DNA of 64,000 nucleotides, taken from assembly GCA_963841915.1 (NCBI GenBank), contig CAWJEN010000006.1:1536001-1600000 (forward strand), read 5' to 3'. The translations under genes were made by a program, and so were the position numbers. Under the pieces are notes generated by a model, which had not been told where the DNA came from, made no database searches, and saw only the letters and a program-made list of their open reading frames with translations. This DNA is from an uncultured Planctomycetota bacterium (GTDB lineage Bacteria > Planctomycetota > Phycisphaerae > Tepidisphaerales > Tepidisphaeraceae). Of this stretch, positions 1-10,075 are shown in pieces; positions within the stretch are counted from its first letter, which is position 1; every line of letters starts with the position of its first letter.

Positions 1-913
1 CATCGGTGGCGTGGCCGACGAAGTCGAGAGTGGTTCGTCGCTCTCAGAGGCGATGGCCAACTATCCCAAGGCCTTCGACAAGCTGTACGTCAACATGATC
101 AACGCCGGTGAGGCCGGCGGTGTGCTCGACATCATCCTGGCCCGCCTGGCCGACTTCATGGAGAAGGCCGCCCGGCTCAAGAAGAAGGTCATCGGTGCGA
201 TGATCTACCCGGCGGCGGTTATTACCATCGCCGTCGCGATCGTGACGGGCATCATGATCTTCGTGATCCCGGCGTTCAAGGACATCTTCAACGACTTCGG
301 CGTGGAACTGCCCGCCGCGACACAGTTCCTGATCTCCACCGCCGACTTCCTGGCACCGCCCAACAACGGCTGGATCTACATCGTCCTGTCGCCCGTCGCG
401 TTCCTGCTCTTCTGGAAGCTCGTCCGCATGAGCAAGGGCGGTCGCTACGCCACCGACCTGTTCAAGCTCAAGATTCCGATCCTGGGCCAGATCGTCGGCA
501 AGGGCACCATCGCCCGTTTCACCCGGACGCTCGGCACGCTCATCAGCGCCGGCGTGCCCATCCTCGACGCCATCAACATCACCAAAGAGACGTGCGGCAA
601 CGAGGTCTTCGAGCGGGCACTCGTCAAGGTCCACGACGCGATCCGTGAAGGTGAATCCATGGCCGATCCGCTGCGGGCGACCCGCATCGTCGACACGATC
701 GTCGTCAACATGGTCGACGTCGGCGAAGAGACCGGCGACCTCGACAAGATGCTCGTGAAGGTGGCCGACAACTACGACAACGACGTCGACGTGCTGGTCA
801 GCTCGCTCGTGAGCATCCTGGAGCCGGTGATGGTTGTGGTGCTGGGTGCGATTGTCGGCTTCATCGTCGTGGCCTTGTTCATGCCGATGATTTCGCTGGT
901 CCAGTCGCTGTAA
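1..913 (+). CDS. pilC: Type II secretion system F / type IV pilus platform protein (PilC/GspF family), 5' end outside window
   Basis: Two GspF repeats: GEAGGVLD..L.RLA and GEETGDLD.ML.KVA...LEP; three TM segments; followed by a prepilin cluster. Confidence 0.92.
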   Translation, partial: IGGVADEVESGSSLSEAMANYPKAFDKLYVNMINAGEAGGVLDIILARLADFMEKAARLKKKVIGAMIYPAAVITIAVAIVTGIMIFVIPAFKDIFNDFGVELPAATQFLISTADFLAPPNNGWIYIVLSPVAFLLFWKLVRMSKGGRYATDLFKLKIPILGQIVGKGTIARFTRTLGTLISAGVPILDAINITKETCGNEVFERALVKVHDAIREGESMADPLRATRIVDTIVVNMVDVGEETGDLDKMLVKVADNYDNDVDVLVSSLVSILEPVMVVVLGAIVGFIVVALFMPMISLVQSL

Positions 914-933
914 CGTTCGCCCAGGAGATTGTC

Positions 934-1968
934 ATGACCCATCGCCCCCGATTTGCCATCGCCCCCGTCCGCCGCGGCTTCACGCTCATAGAGCTGTTGG
1001 TGGTGATCGGGATCATCGCGTTGCTGGTGGGCATCCTGGTCCCGGTGGCTGCGACGATCCGCACCCGCGCCATGGGAGCCGACACGAAGGCGCTCATCCG
1101 AGCAATGAGCGACGCAGCGGATGCGTACTACACGGACTTCGAGGCGTATCCGGGCATCCTGCCGGATTCGGCGCTTGGGCCTCCTCCGGTTCCTAATCCA
1201 ATCGCGTTTGACATCGATGCCAGCTCCGGCACGTATGCCGGTAACGGCGGTGACCTGCTCGCGGGTAACGCCACAGGCGGCATCACCGGAGCAGAGAACT
1301 TCGTTTTGAGCATGATGGGCGGACTTCGGTACAACGGACCTGACATTGTCTTTGATCCGACCCGCGTCGGTAGCGGGGCGGTCGACCTTGCACCAGGCGG
1401 TCAGGGTCAGCGGTTCGGTCCCTACCTCGACATCGCACGCTCGCGCCTCTCGTTCGGCGGTGACGGCGACATCACCGGCCGCTTCAGTGACGACAACGGC
1501 GTCGCCCGCGACAGTGAGATTCCCGAAGTCGTCGACGCGTACAACAACCCGCTGCCGATCCTCTACATGCGGGTCAACAAGCGGACCAACAACAGCTCGG
1601 CCGTCAGCGACCTCACCGGTCGGCCCAGCTTCTTGCTGGGTCAGGTCACCGGCTACACCGGCCCGATCAGTGGCGCGCCCGGTCCGACCGGCGTCTATCT
1701 CGGCGTCGGTCGAGATGAAGTCAACAATTTCCACTCGATTAACGGTCAGTTTCACGGCCTACAAGCCGGTGGCGACGGCACCGACACCAACGGCTTCAAC
1801 GCCGCCAGTCCTGATGGCCCGTACGACGGCAACTTCTACCTGACGCGAGGCGGATCCGGCCAGCTCGCAGACGTCGTCAAGGACTCCTTCGTCCTCATCA
1901 GTGCCGGCCCCGACCGCGTCTACGGCACCCGCGACGACATCACCAACTTCGGCACCCCGCTCGAATGA
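934..1968 (+). CDS. Prepilin-type N-terminal cleavage/methylation protein, GspG-like
   Basis: RRG|FTLIELLVVIGII class III signal; C-terminal FVLISAGPD..YGT.DDI motif typical of GspG-like pseudopilins. Confidence 0.9.
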   Translation: MTHRPRFAIAPVRRGFTLIELLVVIGIIALLVGILVPVAATIRTRAMGADTKALIRAMSDAADAYYTDFEAYPGILPDSALGPPPVPNPIAFDIDASSGTYAGNGGDLLAGNATGGITGAENFVLSMMGGLRYNGPDIVFDPTRVGSGAVDLAPGGQGQRFGPYLDIARSRLSFGGDGDITGRFSDDNGVARDSEIPEVVDAYNNPLPILYMRVNKRTNNSSAVSDLTGRPSFLLGQVTGYTGPISGAPGPTGVYLGVGRDEVNNFHSINGQFHGLQAGGDGTDTNGFNAASPDGPYDGNFYLTRGGSGQLADVVKDSFVLISAGPDRVYGTRDDITNFGTPLE

Positions 1969-3050
1969 TGCCCCTCCCGACGACGCCCGTTCTGCCTCGC
2001 GACCGCCGACGCTCCGCCGTGTCGCGACGCGCCCGTGCGTTCACGCTCGTCGAGCTGCTGGCCGTCATCGGCATCATCGCCTTGCTCGTCGGCATCCTCG
2101 TGCCGACCATCAGCGGCATCGTCCGAAGCGGACGCGACTCCGCACAGCGTCAAGCGCTCAACTCGCTCGCCCGGGCGCTCGACGCCTACCGCGGCGATCA
2201 CAACGACATTCCCCGCTTCAGCGACGATGGGGGCAACTTCAATCGCGCAGACGTGACGCCCGATCGGGGCGCGAGACTACTCGCTCGTGCTCTTTTCGCT
2301 CCGGCGCCGAAGACCGATTCTGCTGTCACCCCGGCAGGTTGGCAGGGTGATTCGACAGCTCAAAGGGCAGCTCGAGCGGACGCTTTTCAGGACGGTTTCG
2401 AGGGGCCAGGCTTCAAGTCACAACGGCAGGTCGTACCCAACGGAAGCTCGGGACTGACGTTCTACCTGCCCGGCGAGACCTACGGCCCCTACCTGCCGCC
2501 GGACCGGTGGAACCTGCAGACGTTCAACGGCGACGTGACGCCTGAAGCCGTTATCCTCGACGCCAACGGCCTGCCGATCTTGTACTACCCGGCCCGCCGC
2601 ACGACGCCACCCCTGGGTGACGCCGCCGCCGATGGTGGATCGTACGCGTCTCCGATCACTTCCAACGGCAATGGCATAGCCGCTGCCAACCCGCCGGCGC
2701 TCTATAACGAAGCTGACAACGCCATGTTCATGGCGTCGGAGGCGGTCGCCACGTCGGCTGCAAATCTGCCGACGGGTTATTCTGCCGCCGACGCCGCAGA
2801 GCTCACCTTCTTCCGCCAGCTCATCGGCGACACGAATGCCAACGGCATCATCGATGATGCCGAGAAGCCGATCGTCAAGCCGTACCTGCTCATCGCCAGT
2901 GGTGCCAACGCAGCCGACCGTGGTGCTCTCAACGCACCGACGGACAACATGGCTGCGGGCTTTGCCACCGATTACGCCAATTTCCTCAAAGCCGCCGGCT
3001 GGGAGATTGCCCGCAGCCCCATCACCAGCTTCGACGCCGAACGCGAGTAG
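1965..3050 (+). CDS. Prepilin-type N-terminal cleavage/methylation protein, GspG-like
   Basis: RA|FTLVELLAVIGII; ILDANGLPILYY and YLLIASG motifs; ATGA overlap with upstream gene. Confidence 0.9.
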   Translation: MMPLPTTPVLPRDRRRSAVSRRARAFTLVELLAVIGIIALLVGILVPTISGIVRSGRDSAQRQALNSLARALDAYRGDHNDIPRFSDDGGNFNRADVTPDRGARLLARALFAPAPKTDSAVTPAGWQGDSTAQRAARADAFQDGFEGPGFKSQRQVVPNGSSGLTFYLPGETYGPYLPPDRWNLQTFNGDVTPEAVILDANGLPILYYPARRTTPPLGDAAADGGSYASPITSNGNGIAAANPPALYNEADNAMFMASEAVATSAANLPTGYSAADAAELTFFRQLIGDTNANGIIDDAEKPIVKPYLLIASGANAADRGALNAPTDNMAAGFATDYANFLKAAGWEIARSPITSFDAERE

Positions 3051-3800
3051 GTGGCGTCGATGCAGCGTGTCCAGCAGTCCGAGTCCAAGGACGCAGCTCC
3101 ACCAGCCGCAAGGCGTCGGGTTGCGTCTTGCCGCTACGCGACGGCACTGGTTCGTCGTGGGCTTGTTTTTTCCGAGCTGTTGCTTCTGATTCTCGTCCTG
3201 CTGGTCGTCTTCGGCCTGATCGTCAACCTCGCCCGGCGGGTCCGCCGCGAGAGCAACCATCAGCTTGCCGCCCGCGTGCTTGTCGAGCTCGAGGCGGCCC
3301 TGGCCGGTTACCGCGATGAGACAGGCGAAGCTCCTGCCGTCATTCCTTCACTGCTGCCCGCCGAGTACGACGCCGGCCGCCTGACGGACATTGATCTGGC
3401 GGCTTTTGGCGAGGCCGTCCTGAACCTCGACGAGCGAGCCCTGGCCAACAACCGGGCGTCGCTCCGTCTGCTCGCCTTCGGCTTTCGACGCGCTGGCGAA
3501 GACGCCGACGCAGCATCAGCAAGTAGCCTGCTGGTCGGCACGCTCGGTGACGCCTTGTTCGACGGCGGCACGCTCCGTGACCCGTGGGGCTCGCCGTTCG
3601 CCTACATGGCAGGCGGCTCACCGCTCATCGGCACCGCGGCGGGGAATCGCCCGTACTTCTTCAGCGCCGGCCCCGACGGCTTGTACCTCACCCGCGGCGA
3701 CAACCTGTATGGCTACGAGCTGACTGGTGGCGACCTGCCTTTGTCTGATTTGGCGTCGCTGGTGGACGATTCAGGCGATCCACCGGTGGACACGCCGTAA
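3051..3800 (+). CDS. GspG-like pilin with atypical cleavage site
   Basis: RRG|LVFSELLLLILVLL hydrophobic helix with Glu+5; DPWGSPFAY and YFFSAGPDG motifs; start could be ATG 3060. Confidence 0.8.
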   Translation: MASMQRVQQSESKDAAPPAARRRVASCRYATALVRRGLVFSELLLLILVLLVVFGLIVNLARRVRRESNHQLAARVLVELEAALAGYRDETGEAPAVIPSLLPAEYDAGRLTDIDLAAFGEAVLNLDERALANNRASLRLLAFGFRRAGEDADAASASSLLVGTLGDALFDGGTLRDPWGSPFAYMAGGSPLIGTAAGNRPYFFSAGPDGLYLTRGDNLYGYELTGGDLPLSDLASLVDDSGDPPVDTP

Positions 3801-3845
3801 TCTTCTGCAGCGTTTAAGCCCTTCGAAGCCTCCGACGCGCCCGCT

Positions 3846-4688
3846 ATGACCACGACCGCCACGATCTATCGCCCGTCCGCCGGTCGGCGACGCGCTGTCG
3901 CACCGGGTTTTACGCTCATCGAGCTGCTCGTCGTGCTCCTGATCCTGTCCATCATCTCGGCCATGGTCGTCGTCGGGCTATCGAGCGTGCTGGGCAGCAA
4001 CGAGCGGCGCGTGACGGAGGGCCGCCTGGCCCTGCTCGAGACGATGGTCGAGAACTACCGCCAGCAAACCACCACCGGCAGCGGCCAGGGACTTACGTCA
4101 AACTCACGGTCGCTGCCGGCGGCGAGTGAGCCCGCCCACGACTTTCCGATCGGCGATAGAGCTAGCCTCTCGCAGGCTGCAAAAGCGTTACTTGATGCCA
4201 CGCCCGCCGAGCCTGACAATGTGCTGTCGGACACGCAGCTCGTCATGCGACAGTTGCTCGCCGTTCCCGCCAATCGCGAGCTTGCCGCCGATCAGCCGGC
4301 GGACTTCCTGCAGGAGTCGTTCCGCTGGCCCACCGCAGATCGCGACTCAGAAACAGACGGTGTGGGTGACGATACGGGTCTCCGCCTGAATGACTTCACC
4401 GCAGCCGAGCCGACGCTGACGACGGCTGTTCCGACTGACGCGCAGGACAATGTGATTCTGTTCGCATCGAGCAACGGGCTCATCGTCGACGGGGATGGCC
4501 TGATTCGACCAGATGGACCCTGGTGGAACGCGCCGAGTCGCTCGACCAGCATCTCCGTCGTCGCTCGCGATGGCCGGCCGTTCTTCTTCTCCGCCGGTGC
4601 CGACGGCAACCCGAAGACGCACGAGGACAACGTCTACTCCCGTCCCGTCGTCGGCTTCGACGTCGGCAACAACGTCTACAGCGAGTGA
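3846..4688 (+). CDS. Prepilin-type N-terminal cleavage/methylation protein, GspG-like
   Basis: PG|FTLIELLVVLLIL; C-terminal FFFSAGADG....DN. Confidence 0.9.
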   Translation: MTTTATIYRPSAGRRRAVAPGFTLIELLVVLLILSIISAMVVVGLSSVLGSNERRVTEGRLALLETMVENYRQQTTTGSGQGLTSNSRSLPAASEPAHDFPIGDRASLSQAAKALLDATPAEPDNVLSDTQLVMRQLLAVPANRELAADQPADFLQESFRWPTADRDSETDGVGDDTGLRLNDFTAAEPTLTTAVPTDAQDNVILFASSNGLIVDGDGLIRPDGPWWNAPSRSTSISVVARDGRPFFFSAGADGNPKTHEDNVYSRPVVGFDVGNNVYSE

Positions 4689-4732
4689 CTCGCGTCCAAC
4701 ACTCTGCTTCACACCCCGACTTCCGCCACGTC

Positions 4733-6073
4733 ATGCTCCTGACCCGCACCCATGCCGCCCGACGCCTCGTCCGCGGCTTCACCTTGGTGGAGATGCTGGT
4801 GGTGCTTGGGATCATCTTCCTGATCCTGGCCATCGCGGTGCCGAGCTTTAGCGCGTTGTCGGGCAGCCGCAGCGTCGAGGCCGGCGAGAACGTCGCCGCC
4901 GCCGCCATCAGCCGAGCCCGCGCCGAGGCCATCCGCCGCGGCGTCACGGTTGGCGCGCTCTTCTACCCCGACGTCGAAGGCCGAACGGCCATCGCCTTCG
5001 TCGCCATCGGCGAAGCCACAGGCGATGACGATCCGTACAGCGAGTACGCCTCGCTCGTGACCAACCCAGACGCCGACTACGGCGGCTTCCTGCTCAATCC
5101 GCCGGGCGCCAACACCGTCATGCTGGCCGACACGTTCAAGGCGCTGGCCAGCGACGAGAACCCCATCGCCTACTCCGGCAACTTAATCGGCTTCGCCGGC
5201 CGTCCGATCGTGATGACGTACAGCGTCCGCAGCGAAGGCGACGCCCTGACATCGCCCGGTCTCGAAGACGTAGGCCCGTCGGTGAACGTCAACGATTCCG
5301 GCTTCGTCGACGTCATCGGCAACACGAACAACCCGTCGACCTATGCCGACGTCGGGCCCAACAGCATCATCTCGCCCGGCCGCACGCCATCGAACGAGCT
5401 CGTCCTGCTGAGCGATGTCGCCGGTGACCGCCTGCCGGTAGGGGTCGGCGTTCAGATCATCACGGGCCAGGCGCTTGAAGCCGGCGCTGCCAACAGCGGC
5501 AGAGACGGTGCGATGGTCGTCGACGCTGCGACCGCTTTCGGCGGGACGGCAGCCGGTTATGAAGAAAGCTTCATCGACCGTTACGTCCGGTTCGGCATGA
5601 TTGCCTTTGATTCTGATGGCCGCTTGGCGACTCCGTCGTTCAACATTCGGCCCAACGACGCTCTTGCGACGCTGCTCGGCCTCAACGCGGCTGCCTCACA
5701 GACTTCGCTCGCCAACAGCAGCCTCAACGTCGCTGGCAGCTTCCCCGCCTTCACGGCCGGCGTCGGCGTGATCGTCTACCGCAATGAAGCCTTCGAACGA
5801 GCTCCGGCCGACGAAACCGCAACGGAGTGGCAGGGCAGCTTTTTCTCGAGCGTCGATGCACCCTCCATCTCCTGGGTCGCTTCGACCGAGAGTGATCCGT
5901 CGAGTTACTTCCCAGATTTTGACGTGCAGGCCGCAGGTGACCCGTTCGTCAACACGGGTGAACTGCTCGACAACGAGTATGCCGAGGAACGCTGGCTCGA
6001 CGCCAACACGACGCCGTTGCTGGTGAACCGGTACAGCGGCACGTTGTCGAGCAACCTGGGCGAGCAGCCTTAA
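4733..6073 (+). CDS. Minor pilin/pseudopilin, GspH/FimT-like
   Basis: RG|FTLVEMLVVLGII..AVPSF; ARAEAIRR helix typical of FimT/GspH; ATG 4733 preferred over ORF-track start 4523. Confidence 0.85.
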   Translation: MLLTRTHAARRLVRGFTLVEMLVVLGIIFLILAIAVPSFSALSGSRSVEAGENVAAAAISRARAEAIRRGVTVGALFYPDVEGRTAIAFVAIGEATGDDDPYSEYASLVTNPDADYGGFLLNPPGANTVMLADTFKALASDENPIAYSGNLIGFAGRPIVMTYSVRSEGDALTSPGLEDVGPSVNVNDSGFVDVIGNTNNPSTYADVGPNSIISPGRTPSNELVLLSDVAGDRLPVGVGVQIITGQALEAGAANSGRDGAMVVDAATAFGGTAAGYEESFIDRYVRFGMIAFDSDGRLATPSFNIRPNDALATLLGLNAAASQTSLANSSLNVAGSFPAFTAGVGVIVYRNEAFERAPADETATEWQGSFFSSVDAPSISWVASTESDPSSYFPDFDVQAAGDPFVNTGELLDNEYAEERWLDANTTPLLVNRYSGTLSSNLGEQP

Positions 6074-6129
6074 TCGCTGCCGCGACATCGACCCGCTACT
6101 GCCGTACTGACTGACTTTTGCCCCCGATC

Positions 6130-7312
6130 ATGACCGTTACCGCCACGAGTATCGCCCGCCACACTGCCGCCCGTCGGCGGGGCGTTCGCGGCGGGTTCAC
6201 GTTCATCGAGGTGATGTTCGCCGTCCTGACGTTGTCCGCGGGCGTCATCATGATCGCCACGCTGCTGCCTGCTGCGCTGCGGACGGCCCAGGAGACACGC
6301 GAGAACGCGCTCGGCCTGGCCACGCTCGAGGGCGGGTACCACACTTTTCGCGCGACGCTGCCTGAAGATGCCGGGGAGATACCGGTCAGCGTCGACGCTG
6401 GCATGCTCGGCCGCGTGATGACGTGGCCCGCCGCCGACGAGGCTGCTTTGCCCAATGATGTCATTAATCTCTGGTGGCGCACCCTCGGCAACCGTGTTTC
6501 CTCAGCCGATCCGGAACAGATGTGGATTCCGTTCTTCTACCGGCCCAGTGTGTCGGCCGCCGCTCAGGTAGCGATGGTCTCCACTCGGTCCCGTGCCGAA
6601 ATTAGCTATCCTGCCGGTCCATCTTCGCCGGGGTACAACGCCTTTTTCGAGGTGGACCTGAGCGGTGGCGCACCCGTGGCCGGGCCGCTGGTGCTGGAGG
6701 ACAATCATCCGCTTCCAATCAGCGTTGCCACGCTCGGCGGCGCGGGCGTTTTGGTGGCTGGCGAGCCGGCGATTCAGACGCAGACCGACATCGTGCGCAT
6801 CTTCCCACGGTTGCAGCCCGACGGAACGCCTGGCACTGGTAGCCTGGGCGTCGAGCAGATCGCCGAAGCCGCCGTCGAGGGGGCGGCCATCGTGCTCGTC
6901 GACAACCTGGGCCGCCTCCGCGTCTACCGGCTCGGTGAACGCATCGGTTACAATGGACCCTCGGCACCGGGACCAGACTTCATCACCTACTCGCTTCAGC
7001 CCGGTAGTCTCGACACAAGCAAGTTCTTCAACGGAGGCAACGACGCTAACCCGGATAACGACGGCTTCCTCGATGCCACCGCTAGCACGCGACGGCTTCA
7101 CGCTCGGTGATTGGGAAGATGTCTCTGGTACGGACAGTCCACCTACGCCATTCGGCGACGGTGCAAGCGATCTTGATCCCGTGCCCGCTTATCTTGTCGG
7201 TCGCATGCTTGACGATCCCACCGGTGACAGCGGCCCCTGGGACGAGAACGACAACCCCCACGTCGGCCCGTCGCAGGTCATCAGTGTGCTGCAAGGCCAG
7301 ACGGTCAGGTGA
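6130..7312 (+). CDS. Minor pilin, PilV/GspI-like; one frameshift near 7085
   Basis: GG|FTFIEVMFAV; frame of ORF 6118..7110 looks coding to ...DATAS, then the frame ending at 7312 (DGFTLGDWEDV...VISVLQGQTVR) continues with the same acidic composition. Confidence 0.75.
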
Positions 7313-7484
7313 ATTCGTTAAGCCGGATAACGTCGAACGCCTCGGAGGGCAGAGTGGCCAAGGCGCTTGAGTGCATCGGTCCGGTGTGCTGTTCCGCGAC
7401 GGGTTGCGTCCTGCTCGCCTCAAACCACTGAAGTGGCATGGCCGGGGGTTTCCCGCCGTCGCCGGACGTTGCGAAGAGTGGGGC

Positions 7485-9407
7485 GTGACCCGCCTGCCTC
7501 TTCGATCCCGCCGTGCCGTCGGCATGAGCCGCGGCTTTACGCTGACGGAGCTGATGATCAGCGTTGTCCTCGTGCTGGTGCTGACGCTGGCAATCGCGTT
7601 GATTTTCGACACGACCAGCCGCGTGATCTCCAAGGCGACAGCCGTCCAGGTCGCCACCCGGAATCTCGACGCCGTCCGCACGACGTTGGCCCAGGATTTC
7701 ACCGGCAACGACGGGATCGACAGCGACATCTTCGTCGACACCGCCGGAGTCCTGCCGCTGAGTGAGCAGGCGATGATCGTGCTCAGCAGCGGCTACACCG
7801 CGACATGGCGAAACGAAGAAGACGCTGACAGCGACCTCAACGATTGGAGACTCATTTCAGACACCGGCACCATTGGCGATTGGATTGATGCGGCGCTGAG
7901 TGCAGATGTAGCCGGCGACGGAACGGAAGTAACCATCAATCCGCTCGCTTTCGGGTTGAGGTCGTTTCGCGTCGATCAATTCTCAATGTTTGCCAGCGGT
8001 GGCTTCGAGAGCGAGGTTGCGGTCGGAGCGGCAACGCCTTACCAAGCGGACAACGCACTGATTTATTACGGTCACCTGCGCGTGTTCAACAATGACTATG
8101 GCCAGGCTGCTGGCCTGCAGGATCCTGCTGCTTTCGGCGTTCCGGGTGTTCCTTACGCAGGCAATCCGGGCGGGACCGTCGGGCAGGAAAACGTAAACAA
8201 TCGCTTTGCCGACCAGTTCATGCTGGGCCGTGTGGCATTGCTTGCAGCGGCTCCCAATGCGTCTGATCCGACCGCGAGCGCAGATCTGTACGACCAAGAC
8301 TACTACACCTCGCCGGACGGCACGGCGTATCCGTTCGTGCGGCGGAACTGGAACTTCGTTCGAGAGAACAACCGAGCCTTCGGACCGCTTGCCAGCACGT
8401 CGCCGGTTCGCATCTATGACGGCACCTCGCTCGTCCCCGTGGTCGATGTCAACAGCACCAACATCGCCCTTCAGGCGGGAGTTGCAGACATCTTGGGCGC
8501 GTCCGTCTCGGAACTCCGCGAACGTTTCGACTTCATCATCGAGACCGACCCGATGGTGACCGGCGAAACAACGAAGCAGTATCCGTATACCACCGGTGAT
8601 GGAGGATTCGATCGTCTTCCGCGAGGCGGCGGCGCGAGCCAAGGCGGCAATACAGGCGGCGACTATTTCTCCTCGTGGTTCTGGAATGATGTGAACCGGT
8701 TTTGGATCAACCCGTTCGGCCAACAGCCGTCGACGGCACAAGGCGACGCACAGCGGTCACAGCTTCTTCTGCCCGGAGCGAGCAACTTCATTGTTGAATA
8801 TGCCGGCGACTACTTCGAGCAGAACCCGCTGACCGGGGAGATTGCCGACCAGGACGGCGACGGCGTTTTCGTCGGCCCCGACGGCGTGATTGACTTTATC
8901 GTGACGCCCTCCAACGCACGGGTCATCCGCTTCTATGGCTTCCCTCGTGACGTCGACGGGAACGGCTTCGCCGAGCTGTACTTTGATGGAATGATCACAA
9001 TGCCCGGAGCTTACACGTCGACCGACGTCTTGCCGTTAAAGGACATGGTCGGATTCACCGGCGTCACGCTCGGCGTGACAGAGTTCGGTGCACCGCTCAT
9101 CTTCCCGCACGAGAAGCGGGTCCCGATCGACGGACGTCTCGCAACGTACGGCGACTCGTTCGCGACAACCCCCGCGCCGTACGTGACGACCGGCCAGCCT
9201 TACCTGTGCGCGTGGTCGCCTGCGGAGATCAACGGCAAGATCCAATTCGACGGTTTCTCCGGCGGCGCTGCGGGCACACCGGACGTCTCCTTCGACTTCC
9301 CCCTCGGCCCAAAGCTCATCCGCTTCGTCGTCACCGCCACCGATCCCGAAGGGCGGCTCGAGACGCCGATCACCTCAGAGTTCGTCTTCGAGATCCCGGA
9401 CAACTAG
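7485..9407 (+). CDS. Large minor pilin, PilW/GspJ-like
   Basis: RG|FTLTELMISVVLV; L..D motif after the N-helix; C-terminal PKLIRFVVTATDP; start GTG 7485 or ATG 7524. Confidence 0.85.
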   Translation: MTRLPLRSRRAVGMSRGFTLTELMISVVLVLVLTLAIALIFDTTSRVISKATAVQVATRNLDAVRTTLAQDFTGNDGIDSDIFVDTAGVLPLSEQAMIVLSSGYTATWRNEEDADSDLNDWRLISDTGTIGDWIDAALSADVAGDGTEVTINPLAFGLRSFRVDQFSMFASGGFESEVAVGAATPYQADNALIYYGHLRVFNNDYGQAAGLQDPAAFGVPGVPYAGNPGGTVGQENVNNRFADQFMLGRVALLAAAPNASDPTASADLYDQDYYTSPDGTAYPFVRRNWNFVRENNRAFGPLASTSPVRIYDGTSLVPVVDVNSTNIALQAGVADILGASVSELRERFDFIIETDPMVTGETTKQYPYTTGDGGFDRLPRGGGASQGGNTGGDYFSSWFWNDVNRFWINPFGQQPSTAQGDAQRSQLLLPGASNFIVEYAGDYFEQNPLTGEIADQDGDGVFVGPDGVIDFIVTPSNARVIRFYGFPRDVDGNGFAELYFDGMITMPGAYTSTDVLPLKDMVGFTGVTLGVTEFGAPLIFPHEKRVPIDGRLATYGDSFATTPAPYVTTGQPYLCAWSPAEINGKIQFDGFSGGAAGTPDVSFDFPLGPKLIRFVVTATDPEGRLETPITSEFVFEIPDN

Positions 9408-9650
9408 TCGTCGCGCGGCGGCAAACGGCGGCTCATGGTATTGACTCGTCAGCATCCGCTTAGGCTGCCTGATCGCATTAGGGGACAGCCGCTGCGGAGC
9501 CGGGCATAGCGGCAGTGCCGGCGACGTCGAGTCGGCCTCATGAGTCGGGTGTGGCTTCGCGACACGTCGTGCAAGACGATGATGTCGCAGGCGGTATGGC
9601 GCACTGACTTTGCATTGCCCACTGGTTCATGGCGGCAATGCCATTGAGGC

Positions 9651-9881
9651 GCGGGCGGAGCCGAACGCTGCTACTTCGGTGCCGATCCATCTGCCTTCGG
9701 TTCCGAGTCCATGTCGGGCGGCTCCTCAGTGGCACGGAGCGGAACCGGCGGTTCAGGCTGCGGCATCGAGAGACTCCCGCTTGATGCCGCAACCGTTCAT
9801 GTCGGTGCCGACGCCGCCTTGGTTTGTGTCGACGCGGCCGTGCTCGGTGCCGCGGCGGGTCGTTGCGGAGCCGGCGACGGG
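9651..9881. repeat. 21-bp-period array, 11 units, conserved palindromic CGGNNCCG core with variable 13-bp spacers
   Basis: Cores start exactly 21 bp apart at 9656, 9677, 9698, 9719, 9740, 9761, 9782, 9803, 9824, 9845, 9866: cggagccg, cggtgccg, cggttccg, cggctcct, cggaaccg, cggcatcg, tgatgccg, cggtgccg, ttgtgtcg, cggtgccg, cggagccg. Confidence 0.85.
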
Positions 9882-10075
9882 CGATAACGCGGAGACTGTG
9901 AGGTCGAACCTTCACCGCGACCGATGTCTGAGCAGCCGCAGGGCAGATCGAGACCTTTGCCGAGCGGGGGTAGTGCTCGTCCCGGCCGCGTCAGCCGACG
10001 CCCGCAGCGGCGTCGAGCAGTTGCCGCTCGTTCGCGTCCTGCTTCCTTGCGTCCACCATCCCTAAACGGTTCATT

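Noticed and set aside
9651..9881. CRISPR array or TIGR-type array
   Set aside because: The 8-bp core and 21-bp period are far below CRISPR dimensions, no cas genes are present, there are no alternating two-repeat units, and no recognisable Nop-domain gene lies nearby
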